A stretch of DNA of 64,000 nucleotides from Patescibacteria group bacterium. GTDB taxonomy: Bacteria; Patescibacteriota; Minisyncoccia; Phycocordibacterales; UBA1550. The translations under genes were made by a program, and so were the position numbers. The number at the start of each line of letters is the position of its first letter. The stretch's first letter is position 1. The stretch is taken from positions 122,059-186,058 of the forward strand of contig JBBTWP010000001.1 in the NCBI GenBank assembly GCA_038062675.1, read 5' to 3'. Of this stretch, positions 19,553 through 28,515 are shown piece after piece. A model generated the notes under the pieces. The model did no database searches. It saw only the letters and a list, made by a program, of their open reading frames with translations, and was not told the DNA's origin.

Positions 19553-20521
19553 TTACATTGATAAGCCGACACGTTCACGGACCACGTTCATGGCTTTCTG
19601 TGCCTCGGCACGTGCTACTTCCCCACCCTCGCGCAATATCTTGATTACTTTTTCGGGGTCGCGCGCAATTTCCTCGCGTCGAGCACGAAACGGCGCAACA
19701 AATGCTCTCATGTTTTCAAAAAGAATATCTTTGGATTCTTTGTAGCCAAGCCCACCAGCAAGATAGCGCGCGCGAATATCCGCCAAATCTTTTGTGCTGA
19801 CGAGCTCATGTAGGGCAAATACTTTACATGTTGCGGGGTCTTTTGATTCAGCAACCCCTTTCGAGTCCGTAGGAATACCCATAACGGCTTTTTTGATTTC
19901 TTCATCTGATGCAAAGAGTCCAATAGTATTACCATAACTTTTGCTCATCTTGCGTCCATCGGTTCCCATGACAGTTTTTACTTCCTCGACAATGAGTGGT
20001 TCAGGCGTCTTGAATGTGTCACCGAAGGTACGGTTGAATTTCTGTGCGGTGTCGCGCGCAATTTCAATGTGTTGCTTTTGGTCGAGTCCCACGGGTACCA
20101 CATCTGCGCCATACATTAAAATATCTGCCGCCATAAGGATGGGGTAGTCAAAAAGTCCTACGTTCACCTCTTTGTTTTTTGCCTCGGCATCTTTGAATGC
20201 GTGTGCGCGAGAAAGGTAGGGAACGGTGGTAATGGTATTGAAAATCCAAGCAAGTTCGGTTACCTCGGGGACATCCGATTGCAGAAACATTGTCGTCTTT
20301 TTTGGATCAATGCCGATGGCGAGGTAATCCATTGCGAGATCGAGTGTGAGTTTCTTGAGGAGTGCGCCGTCTGAAACGCTCGTAAGTGCGTGGTAGTTGG
20401 CAATAAAAATAAACTGACGGTAGTCGTCTTGAAACTCAACAAACTGGCGCATAGCACCAAAATAGTTGCCCACGTGGACAGTTCCTGTTGGCTTCACTCC
20501 TGAAAGCAGTACTTTCTTCAT
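19553..20521 (-). CDS. trpS: tryptophan--tRNA ligase
   Basis: SGVKPTG..HVGNY, YPILMAADI, KMSKS. Confidence 0.97.
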   Translation of the reverse strand: MKKVLLSGVKPTGTVHVGNYFGAMRQFVEFQDDYRQFIFIANYHALTSVSDGALLKKLTLDLAMDYLAIGIDPKKTTMFLQSDVPEVTELAWIFNTITTVPYLSRAHAFKDAEAKNKEVNVGLFDYPILMAADILMYGADVVPVGLDQKQHIEIARDTAQKFNRTFGDTFKTPEPLIVEEVKTVMGTDGRKMSKSYGNTIGLFASDEEIKKAVMGIPTDSKGVAESKDPATCKVFALHELVSTKDLADIRARYLAGGLGYKESKDILFENMRAFVAPFRARREEIARDPEKVIKILREGGEVARAEAQKAMNVVRERVGLSM

Positions 20522-20572
20522 TTCCTCATCTTAGCAGAAATTTAGACTCGTTCAAAGCACACACAAGAATAT

Positions 20573-21640
20573 TTACCCATGCTTCACTTCAAGCTCAAGA
20601 GAAAAGGTAGAACCCAGACCAACCCCTTTTGAAGTTGCCCAAATACGCCCTTCGTGTTTTTTGATCATTCGTTTTGCAATATAGAGCCCTAGTCCGGAGC
20701 CGTCAGTGTACACACGGCTCACTCCCTCGGCGCGACTGAATTTTTTGAAAATCTTTTGGAGCGTCTCTTTGCTCATACCAATACCGGTGTCGGAAATACT
20801 GAATAGGATATGTTTTTTGTCATGACTCTTGCGAAGAAGTATCGACACACCACCTTTGGGTGTGTATTTAATGGCATTGTCCACAAGATTGGTCACAACC
20901 TGTCGGAGCTTTCCCAAGTCACCAACCGTAATATAGTCTTCAGTTTTTTCTTTTTCAACAAGCACGTCAAACCAAAGATGTGCGCGTGTAGCAGCGGGCT
21001 CCATGTCATGCGCAATATTTAAAATCATCGCCTTAAAATCTACCTCGGCAAAATTGTACACCATGTCACCGCGCTCGATATGGGTCACGTCCATGAAATC
21101 CGAGACCATCACAATAAGTCGTTTGCTTGACTCTAAAATTTTTGAAACGGCACTCTGCATGCTTGAAGAAAGCTGCCCGTATGATCCGTCCATGAGAAGT
21201 GAAGTATATCCGGAAATAGCGGTGAGTGGACTCCGCAAATGATGAGATGCAATGGCAACAAACTCGGATTTTTTATGGTCAAGCATTTGCAAACGTGCAT
21301 GCGTATCATCGAGGTCGTGCAGAAGTTTGTCAATTTCTGCTTCCGTTTGAAGTTCTCGCTTAACGCTTCCCAGTAAGAAGAAACTGGCAAAAACGACAAG
21401 CCCTGCAATCCCCGCTTTGGCAACAAGGTCCCAGACGGAACGAGCGAAAAACACTTCTACAAAAAGAGTGAGGATGATGAGCGCAACAAAAAAGTCGATA
21501 AACACAATCTTCATCGTAAAACGAGGAACATTGTGCATAAATAAAAGTGTGACACCAAAGACGGCAACCGTGCCAAAAAAAATGACACCCCACACCAACA
21601 TGGGGACTACTTCTACAATGTGAGGAACTTCGGCAAACAT
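20573..21640 (-). CDS. membrane sensor histidine kinase
   Basis: H-box ASHHLRSPL, N-box NLVDNAIKYT, DTGIG, GSGLGL; no response regulator adjacent. Confidence 0.93.
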   Translation of the reverse strand: MFAEVPHIVEVVPMLVWGVIFFGTVAVFGVTLLFMHNVPRFTMKIVFIDFFVALIILTLFVEVFFARSVWDLVAKAGIAGLVVFASFFLLGSVKRELQTEAEIDKLLHDLDDTHARLQMLDHKKSEFVAIASHHLRSPLTAISGYTSLLMDGSYGQLSSSMQSAVSKILESSKRLIVMVSDFMDVTHIERGDMVYNFAEVDFKAMILNIAHDMEPAATRAHLWFDVLVEKEKTEDYITVGDLGKLRQVVTNLVDNAIKYTPKGGVSILLRKSHDKKHILFSISDTGIGMSKETLQKIFKKFSRAEGVSRVYTDGSGLGLYIAKRMIKKHEGRIWATSKGVGLGSTFSLELEVKHG

Positions 21641-21724
21641 ACGTTACAGTATATCATGATATTTTTTCTGAAGTAAGAATACCGAGGTGCTTGCTCAACA
21701 CTTTGTGGGGAAAGCGGTGTTTGC

Positions 21725-21754
21725 TTGACTGTTGTACTTTACTTTGGTAAAGTG
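21725..21754 (+). promoter_or_regulatory. sigma70 promoter overlapped by 20-bp palindromic operator (21735..21754)
   Basis: TTGACT-17-TAAAGT; operator TACTTTACTTTGGTAAAGTG. Confidence 0.8.
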
Positions 21755-21759
21755 GTCAT

Positions 21760-22074
21760 ATGGATTGGAGCCACAAAGAAAATAAACGGCTAATTCAGGC
21801 GATTTTGATACTCAAGACGTCAAAAGAAACGAGTGATTTTTTGCGTGACATTTTAACTGAAAAGGAAATCAAAGAAATAGCGAGGCGACTACAAGCCGCG
21901 GAAATGCTTTCAAAAAACATTCTTTACTCGGAAATAGCGAGGGAAACCGGATTTAGTTCCACTACTATAGCTCGCGTTTCAAAATGGCTAAACAATGGCA
22001 AGGGGGGCTACAAAAACATCCTCGACAAACTCAGCCATCATGATTCCGTCCAAAAAAAGAGAGAGCTGTCTTGA
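21760..22074 (+). CDS. TrpR-like (YerC/YecD) transcriptional regulator
   Basis: FLRDILT.KEI..IA.RL, YSEIARETGFSSTTIARV.KWL..G.GGY. Confidence 0.92.
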   Translation: MDWSHKENKRLIQAILILKTSKETSDFLRDILTEKEIKEIARRLQAAEMLSKNILYSEIARETGFSSTTIARVSKWLNNGKGGYKNILDKLSHHDSVQKKRELS

Positions 22075-22184
22075 TGTATTTTATTTCGCATAAAAACAAC
22101 TCTCTCCTTTGTTGGAGAAGGCTACTCATTGCCCGCCTAACAACAAAGTGGCAAATTACAGTTCTTTATTAAAAGGAGTAAGAA

Positions 22185-22859
22185 ATGGAAAATATCTCAT
22201 TGATTCGATATTCACCCGACAGTAATGATTACTTACTCACTGCGCAGCTTGTCGAATGCTACCGCGATGTATTCGCGGACACCCCATGGAATGAATGGCT
22301 TAAGTGCTCGAAATGTGGGAAGTATTGGGGAGTAAAAGATCAAGGCCTTCTCGCCTCACTCAATTTTCGTCACTGCGACATACCACTCGTGGACTTCTGG
22401 TCGAGAGAACAGGTTCTTTTTGACCTTCGTCACGAGATTATTTCAGGATCTTCTTGCTGGCTTGCAATGAGCAACAAAACAGTTGTTGGTTTTTGTTGGG
22501 GTTATCCTATAAATATCTCCGATCTTGAAACAAAGCTCGGTGTTTCGTTTAACACTGAGCTTGAATATAACTTTGGAACTTCTGGACTAGCTGCTTACCA
22601 AGACGAAGTTGGTGTCCTTTCTGCATACCGAGGTCGCAAGATCGCAAAAGCAATGATCATTCATCGCCTGAATGATTTTCTTACACAAGGTCTGCAGATT
22701 GGCATAGTGAGAACGAGGCAAAAACCTGAACCATCCGAAACGTTCATGTGGTATACACAGAAATTAGGTTACAAAATTCTCGCCAACTATCCAAACGATG
22801 ACGGTAGAGTGATTTTAGTCCGACAACTTTCTGGACTAAAAGAACTTCTCACCTCTTAG
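22185..22859 (+). CDS. GNAT-family acetyltransferase with CxxC insertion
   Basis: VVGFCWG, EVGVLSAYRGRKIAKAM (motif A), YTQKLGY; AAGGAG RBS. Confidence 0.82.
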   Translation: MENISLIRYSPDSNDYLLTAQLVECYRDVFADTPWNEWLKCSKCGKYWGVKDQGLLASLNFRHCDIPLVDFWSREQVLFDLRHEIISGSSCWLAMSNKTVVGFCWGYPINISDLETKLGVSFNTELEYNFGTSGLAAYQDEVGVLSAYRGRKIAKAMIIHRLNDFLTQGLQIGIVRTRQKPEPSETFMWYTQKLGYKILANYPNDDGRVILVRQLSGLKELLTS

Positions 22860-22862
22860 CAC

Positions 22863-22900
22863 AACAGCCTTGCGTAATTTTACGCAAGGCTGTTTTTTTT
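22863..22900. terminator. hairpin/terminator between convergent GNAT and deacylase genes
   Basis: 15-bp perfect arms AACAGCCTTGCGTAA / TTACGCAAGGCTGTT followed by T-tract. Confidence 0.75.
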
Positions 22901-23704
22901 CTCCCCCAACAAAAAAGCCTCACAGGCAATTTCTTTTCGGTTTCGAGCAAAAAGAATCACCCCATCTTTTTCAGTGTAGATTTCTTTTTTCCCATCAATT
23001 CCGATGATTTGCCCTGCCAATACTTCCTCAAAATCGTTAAAAGACTTAGCTAGTGTGAAACTGCTTGTTTTTGTAATATATATCTCATACATACGCAGAT
23101 AGGATTGCCTTTGAGGGGTCGTATCGTTCGCTATATGCCCACGAGATTTAAGGAACGCAAAAATGCTTTTCTCTGCCACTCGCGATGACTCAGGGTCGCC
23201 AAAATAACCACACTCAACACAAACCCCAATTTTCCCCAGGCTGTTCATGTAGTAGTCAGTTCCGCCTGGCTCTACTGTATCAAAACCGGACACAACAAGA
23301 CTGATTGGCAAATACTCTACAATTCCCTTTGCATTTGATTCACAAATAACGAATGGTGTACTATTTGGCGTACGGCTTGCATGTATATCCAAAAGTGCAT
23401 CAGATTGGTCAAGGTATTTTTTAATAAGTTGCGCACGCGCATATTCATAGCTCGTTTTTTCTTCTTCTGACAACATAAAATCGGGCTTAAACATTCTGTT
23501 TAAGTTAGTCTCAACAAATCGGGCATTGGATGCAATGGCCCGCGGATTACCATATCCAAAAAAAACTTGTCCTTTCTCTATTTGCAAAGTAGGCAAAATT
23601 TTTTTAAATGCCTCAATCCCTGCGCGCTCATCACCATGAACACCCGCAAGCACTACGCTTGTGGGACCCACGTCTTTTCCTTTCAATTGAATAAATTCTT
23701 CCAC
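22880..23704 (-). CDS. succinylglutamate desuccinylase/aspartoacylase (M14) family protein
   Basis: AGVHGDE, GNP, NLNRMF, LLDIHA, VECG. Confidence 0.9.
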   Translation of the reverse strand: MEEFIQLKGKDVGPTSVVLAGVHGDERAGIEAFKKILPTLQIEKGQVFFGYGNPRAIASNARFVETNLNRMFKPDFMLSEEEKTSYEYARAQLIKKYLDQSDALLDIHASRTPNSTPFVICESNAKGIVEYLPISLVVSGFDTVEPGGTDYYMNSLGKIGVCVECGYFGDPESSRVAEKSIFAFLKSRGHIANDTTPQRQSYLRMYEIYITKTSSFTLAKSFNDFEEVLAGQIIGIDGKKEIYTEKDGVILFARNRKEIACEAFLLGEKKNSLA

Positions 23705-23709
23705 TGATC

Positions 23710-23739
23710 TACTTTATCAAAGTAAAGTATGTTTAGCAA
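23710..23739 (-). promoter_or_regulatory. sigma70 promoter overlapped by second 20-bp operator (23710..23729)
   Basis: Minus strand TTGCTA-17-TAAAGT-N6-GTG; operator TACTTTACTTTGATAAAGTA is 18/20 identical to 21735..21754. Confidence 0.8.
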
Positions 23740-23764
23740 GCGGTAATACCCTGATTGCTCCAAA

Positions 23765-23798
23765 TAAAAAAGGCTCGCGCGGAGCGAGCCTTTAAAAA
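23765..23798. terminator. intrinsic terminator after hisS
   Basis: AAAGGCTCGC gcgga GCGAGCCTTT with A-tract. Confidence 0.75.
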
Positions 23799-23808
23799 AC
23801 TCATGAAA

Positions 23809-25179
23809 TTATCCTTTTAGGATAGATTTCACTTTTTGAACAAACATCGATACAGGGATCTTTTCTTGATCGCCCGTGCGTAAGTTTTTCACAACTACAG
23901 AGTCATCCAAAAACTCGACCTCTCCAGCAATAATAGCAATAGCAAATTTTTTACGATTTGCATATTTTAATTGATCGCCAATTCGTCTGTTTTCAAGATA
24001 AACCTCAGTATTTACACCTTCCTCACGCAACATACTTGCAAATCTCAAGTACTCCAACCGTCGAGATGGATCCATTGCAGTGACAAGCACAGGAGCAACG
24101 GTTGCCGAACCAGCAGAAAGAATTCCTGCCTTAAGGAGGCGCGAAAGGAGCCTTGTGACTCCAATTGAAATTCCCACACCTGGCAATTTTTTGGCAATGA
24201 AATGGCTTGCCAAATCATCATATCTCCCCCCAGAACATATACTTCCAATTCCCGGGTGTTGCACGAGTATCGTTTCATAAACCGTACCAGTGTAATAGTC
24301 GAGTCCTCGTGCAACCTTGAGATCAATACTGAAATTCTCATCTGGAACACCGAGAGCACGAACTCCACGCACCACCTCAATCAGCTCATCCACCCCAGTC
24401 TGGAACAACTCATTCACTTGCATATCCTTTAAATTATGCAACTCCTTGTCGGAATTGCTCTTAAATTCAACACTTATGAAAGAAAGTAGTTGCTGTGCTG
24501 ACTGAAAAGTAAGATTAAATTCCCCTGAGGCAAGCCTCGAGAGTACCTGCTCTGTGCCAACTTTTTCGAGGTCATCGACTGTGTTGATAACATCAACCCA
24601 ATTCTCTTTGGGAACACCAAGATACTCAAAATACCCTTGAAGAATCTTGCGATTATTAACCTTAATAACAAACGGGCCAATATTCATAGTCTTGAATATT
24701 TGATAAATAATACTTGGAATTTCCGCATCAGCAAGAAGAGTAAGCTCTCCGTCCCCAATAATATCAATATCAGCTTGGTAAAATTCACGAAAACGTCCCG
24801 ACTGAGGACGCTCCCCTCTCCAAACCTTTTGGATCTGATATCGACGAAAAGGGAAAGCAAGCTCGCCATAATGCTGAGCAACATATCTCGCAAGAGGAAC
24901 CGTCAAATCAAAATGGAGTGCAAGTTCCTTCACGTCCCCATCCTCAGCCCTTAAACGAGAGAGTGAATAAATTTCTTTCTCGTTCCCTCCTTTTGCAGTG
25001 AGAACTTCTTGACGCTCTACTGCCGGAGTCTCAATCGGAGAAAACCCGTACCGTTCATAGTACTGCCGTATAATATCGAGTAATCTATTTTCGAGTATTT
25101 TCTCCTCGGGGAGCCACTCGGGGAAACCGCTTACTGCTTTTGGGGTTATCACAACTTTCTTTTGGGAAATATTTTCCAT
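23809..25179 (-). CDS. hisS: histidine--tRNA ligase
   Basis: FDLTVPLARY, WRGERPQ.GRFREFYQAD, RGLDYYTG, GGRYD; AAGGAG 6 nt before ATG at 25179. Confidence 0.96.
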   Translation of the reverse strand: MENISQKKVVITPKAVSGFPEWLPEEKILENRLLDIIRQYYERYGFSPIETPAVERQEVLTAKGGNEKEIYSLSRLRAEDGDVKELALHFDLTVPLARYVAQHYGELAFPFRRYQIQKVWRGERPQSGRFREFYQADIDIIGDGELTLLADAEIPSIIYQIFKTMNIGPFVIKVNNRKILQGYFEYLGVPKENWVDVINTVDDLEKVGTEQVLSRLASGEFNLTFQSAQQLLSFISVEFKSNSDKELHNLKDMQVNELFQTGVDELIEVVRGVRALGVPDENFSIDLKVARGLDYYTGTVYETILVQHPGIGSICSGGRYDDLASHFIAKKLPGVGISIGVTRLLSRLLKAGILSAGSATVAPVLVTAMDPSRRLEYLRFASMLREEGVNTEVYLENRRIGDQLKYANRKKFAIAIIAGEVEFLDDSVVVKNLRTGDQEKIPVSMFVQKVKSILKG

Positions 25180-25197
25180 AGCCAACTCCTTTGTTGA

Positions 25198-25902
25198 TTA
25201 AATTAAGTAGTCTTCAAGTTCTAGTTCCTCGCGCAGAATTTCAGCCGCGTGCAAACCACTGACAACTCTCTTGTTAGGCATGCACCGCGAACGTAAATCT
25301 GGATTTGAAGAAATAATTTGCAAGAAATCCGCCACACCACCCGTCCCCGCAATAGGAACAAGATATTTAAGTGGATTACCAGACTTCAACAGATGCTCAT
25401 TGATTTTAAGTATGTGCGCACACTCAGTCAACGTCCCTGCCCCTCCCGCACATACTATCACACCATCAAGCAAATTAGCAAAAATTGGGCTTTCATCACC
25501 CCAATTACTTTGCCCAACCAAAGGTCCGACACAAAATGAGAGATCGAGATGTTCTTCGCCGAGGGCATGCTTTTTACCGACAAGAGGATATACTCCTATT
25601 GTTTTCAAACCATACTCTTTAGCTTTCCTACTGGCAATAAAGGGCACGCCCCATTTTGTTCCACCAGTTAATACAGCAATACGATAATCTCGAAGCAAGC
25701 CAATGGCTTCGCCGATTATTTTTGTTTCAACATTTTGAACAATTTTCTCGTATTCGTTTTGAAGAGGGTCGTCTTTACTAATACCGCTTAAGCTGGTGCT
25801 TGCGCCTCCAGAAAAAGCAACAATTTTGTGAATTCCGTGTTTATGCTTAAACTCTTCAACAATCAACGAATAGTCTTCTTTTCCACAAATACTAATAACC
25901 AT
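25198..25902 (-). CDS. SLOG-superfamily (LOG/lysine-decarboxylase-like) nucleotide-binding protein
   Basis: VAFSGGA, LTGGT.WGV, WGDES, GGAGTLTE, GTGGVA. Confidence 0.75.
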   Translation of the reverse strand: MVISICGKEDYSLIVEEFKHKHGIHKIVAFSGGASTSLSGISKDDPLQNEYEKIVQNVETKIIGEAIGLLRDYRIAVLTGGTKWGVPFIASRKAKEYGLKTIGVYPLVGKKHALGEEHLDLSFCVGPLVGQSNWGDESPIFANLLDGVIVCAGGAGTLTECAHILKINEHLLKSGNPLKYLVPIAGTGGVADFLQIISSNPDLRSRCMPNKRVVSGLHAAEILREELELEDYLI

Positions 25903-26085
25903 AGCTATACTCCTTTTGGTTTATGGTTCCTGAGATTCTCAAAGAACCTAAAATACTTTCTCCTGACCTTCGGTCATAGAGGATGGGTACTATTTGTATC
26001 CGTGATGAGAATAACTTATTTGAGAAAATATGTCAAGGTTTTCGAGGGGTATTGACAAACATATAGACATTTGTTAGGGTGGAAC

Positions 26086-26252
26086 GTAGATAAGTCGTAG
26101 TTTGTTCTTGTGCCCAGCCTCGTGCGTTTTCGGCATTTTTTCTGGCAGCTCTGTTCTCAGCGCCGCAATGCCGTCTGCATGGGGCACTTTGGATCCCTCG
26201 TGGATCCCCTGGGAGTTTTGGTCCCCCGACCCTTCCCCTCTCAGGTTTTTTT
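26086..26252 (+). ncRNA. candidate structured small RNA
   Basis: TTGACA-17-TAGGGT upstream; stems 26110-26187 and 26191-26207; 26208-26245 stem followed by T7. Confidence 0.4.
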
Positions 26253-26259
26253 ATTTAGT

Positions 26260-26299
26260 AAAAAACAAAAACGCCCCTACAAAAGGGGCGTTGTTTTTT
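26260..26299. terminator. bidirectional terminator downstream of rmuC
   Basis: AACGCCCCT acaaa AGGGGCGTT flanked by A and T tracts. Confidence 0.75.
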
Positions 26300-26304
26300 C
26301 GATT

Positions 26305-26385
26305 CTGCGGAATCGTGTCGCGTAAGTCCTTTAGACGCGACCAACCTGCGGGATCGTGTCGCGTAAGTCCTTTAGACGCGACCAA
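26305..26385. repeat. two tandem 40-bp REP-like hairpin units
   Basis: CTGCGG(A/G)ATCGTGTCGCGTAAGTCCTTTAGACGCGACCAA x2 with one mismatch; stem GTCGCGT/ACGCGAC. Confidence 0.92.
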
Positions 26386-26418
26386 AAGTCATACACTAAG
26401 AAAAGCTAGCATGCAAGG

Positions 26419-27507
26419 CTATTCATCCATAAGCGGTTTTTCGATAGCTATCGGGTCAATGCCCGCTGACTCGCCAGTGATCTTAACCACATCTTTGTCT
26501 ACTTTTTTGAGCTCTTTATATGCGGTAGAATAATGGTTCACCGTGGTACTGAGCGAGTTGCCGAGCTTCTTCATATAGTCCTCGTACGCAATGAGGTGCT
26601 TGCGTAAATCCTCCACGCGCCCAATAATAGCCTCGGCAGATTTCTCGATTTTAAATGCACGAAAACCATAAAGCACGGACTGAAGATATGCCGCAAAGGT
26701 GGTTGGCGACACGATCATCACCTTTTTTTCATTGAATGCGTAGTCGATAAGATTGCGCGTGTTCACTTTTACTGCCCCCACTTCATTTACCAATAGGTCG
26801 TAGTAGATTCCCTCTGCCGGAATGAACATAAACGCAAATGGCAATGTTCCCTCTTCTGGACGAACGTATTTCGCCGTCTCATCAATACGCTTTTTCAAAT
26901 CATTTCTGAAATCTTTTTCAAACTCGGCACGACGTGCGTCGTCGGTCTCGCTCACGATGCGGTTGTAGTTGTCGAGTGAAAACTTTGCATCAATAGGAAT
27001 GAGCCCCTCTGGTGTCATGATGACTGCATCCGCAGTGTCGCCGTTTTTGAATTGGTATTGAAGTTTGTACGCTGTGGGCGGCAGAATATTTGAAAGGATG
27101 AGATCGAGTACGGCTTCTCCCAAATTCCCGCGTTGTTTTTGGTGCTTCAAAACTTTTTCAAGACTGTGGAGCTGTTCTGCAATATTAAAAACTTGCTTGT
27201 TCGACTCGCGCACCGACGCTATTTGCTCTGTAACTTCGCGAATAAGCTTTTGTGACTCACCAAACTGCACATGCGTCGCCTGTTGCATTTCTTTGCTCGA
27301 CTCGCCAATACGCGTGTCTACCATTTTCATAAATTCCCCTATCTGTGACTGAAAATTGTTGATTTGATTTTGAATGAGCAAAAGTGAGTCGTTTTGAGGT
27401 GCAGGCACTTCGTCATCTACCCTTCTTTTATTAAAAACGTGCATCAAACCCAACGCAATGAGAGCGCCTAGGACAAGTCCGGCGAGAATGAGAAGAGCAA
27501 TAGACAT
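26419..27507 (-). CDS. rmuC: DNA recombination protein RmuC
   Basis: KQRGNLGE, PIDAKF, FAFMFIPAEGIY, VSPTT; N-terminal TM. Confidence 0.95.
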   Translation of the reverse strand: MSIALLILAGLVLGALIALGLMHVFNKRRVDDEVPAPQNDSLLLIQNQINNFQSQIGEFMKMVDTRIGESSKEMQQATHVQFGESQKLIREVTEQIASVRESNKQVFNIAEQLHSLEKVLKHQKQRGNLGEAVLDLILSNILPPTAYKLQYQFKNGDTADAVIMTPEGLIPIDAKFSLDNYNRIVSETDDARRAEFEKDFRNDLKKRIDETAKYVRPEEGTLPFAFMFIPAEGIYYDLLVNEVGAVKVNTRNLIDYAFNEKKVMIVSPTTFAAYLQSVLYGFRAFKIEKSAEAIIGRVEDLRKHLIAYEDYMKKLGNSLSTTVNHYSTAYKELKKVDKDVVKITGESAGIDPIAIEKPLMDE

Positions 27508-27511
27508 AGGA

Positions 27512-27715
27512 CTAAAGGATGCCAGCATAGGCGCCACCAATTGCGCTCAAGAGCGCCGGTATGACAAACATTAAACCGACAAGAGGCAAAACGACAAAGG
27601 CGATGGTGATATAAAATGTCCACTTGAAATACGTGCGGGTTTTTTCAACCGACACGAAAATTTTTGCAGTGAGCTCTTCTTGCGCTTTGAGTCGGTTGAG
27701 AATTTCCTGTTCCAT
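27512..27715 (-). CDS. small membrane protein
   Basis: IFVSVEKTRTYF then TM helix; TACAAT-N6-ATG. Confidence 0.75.
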   Translation of the reverse strand: MEQEILNRLKAQEELTAKIFVSVEKTRTYFKWTFYITIAFVVLPLVGLMFVIPALLSAIGGAYAGIL

Positions 27716-27737
27716 CTCATCATTGTACTCTGTATAA

Positions 27738-27777
27738 AGAAAAAAGAAAAGCGGGCGATGACTTCGTCATCGCCCGC
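27738..27777 (-). terminator. intrinsic terminator after GGDEF gene
   Basis: GCGGGCGATGAC ttc GTCATCGCCCGC with adjacent A-tract on the + strand. Confidence 0.8.
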
Positions 27778-27788
27778 CAGATATTTTG

Positions 27789-28355
27789 TTACGCAGTTTT
27801 TTTCACGAGAAGCAACTCCCGTGTTGCTTTTTTGTGAGTGTACATATTTTGGTCTGCTTGCTCGAAAAGAGTTTCGTAGGAAAGCAATCCTTCGCTTGTG
27901 GATGCGACTCCAATGGAAGCTCCCGAAAAATACACCATGGAATCTCTGAACTCATCAAACTTTTGAAGGAGGCGTTGCTTAACCAACTCAGCACCTTCTT
28001 TGCTTTCTCCGGGGAGAATGGCAGTGAACTCGTCACCACCAATGCGTGCAACCATGTCGTACTCACGCATAAGCTTCTTGAAAAGTTCTCCAAACTCTAT
28101 AATCATCCGATCTCCTTCGGAATGCCCATGCGTGTCATTGACCTTTTTCAAATCATTGAGATCAATAACAAAGATGGAAAAATGATGTTCGGGATGGTGA
28201 TGATGCTGCGAAAGCTCTTCTTTCACCCGATGCTCAAATTGGCGTCTCATCGGTAATCCTGTCAGAAAGTCCACAGAGGCTTCCCGAAGAAGCTCTCTGA
28301 GCTCCTCGTTTTGCCGTAATGCGATGGCCAACTGTGTTTCCAATGACTTGGACAT
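27789..28355 (-). CDS. diguanylate cyclase (GGDEF)
   Basis: DFLTGLP, IDLNDLKKVNDTHGH..GD, RIGGDEF; GGAGG RBS before MSKSL. Confidence 0.93.
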   Translation of the reverse strand: MSKSLETQLAIALRQNEELRELLREASVDFLTGLPMRRQFEHRVKEELSQHHHHPEHHFSIFVIDLNDLKKVNDTHGHSEGDRMIIEFGELFKKLMREYDMVARIGGDEFTAILPGESKEGAELVKQRLLQKFDEFRDSMVYFSGASIGVASTSEGLLSYETLFEQADQNMYTHKKATRELLLVKKTA

Positions 28356-28515
28356 ACCTACCTCCAAAAGTTCAAGTTGTAAGGGGTCAAAATTCGATTG
28401 AATGTTGACTGACAAACCTACTACTAGTATAGCACCTATCTATCTTTTTGTCAATATACCCAGACAGGCACAAAAACCGTATACTATATGGATTATTGGC
28501 GAATATAATAAAACT

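Noticed and set aside
26305-26385. Possible mini CRISPR array
   Set aside because: The two 40-bp units are separated by 1 nt with no spacer and no cas genes; treated as a REP-like tandem.
26102-26533. 143-aa ORF sharing GIVSRKS with UvrA
   Set aside because: No RBS, runs through two terminators and into rmuC; the similarity comes from the DNA repeat.
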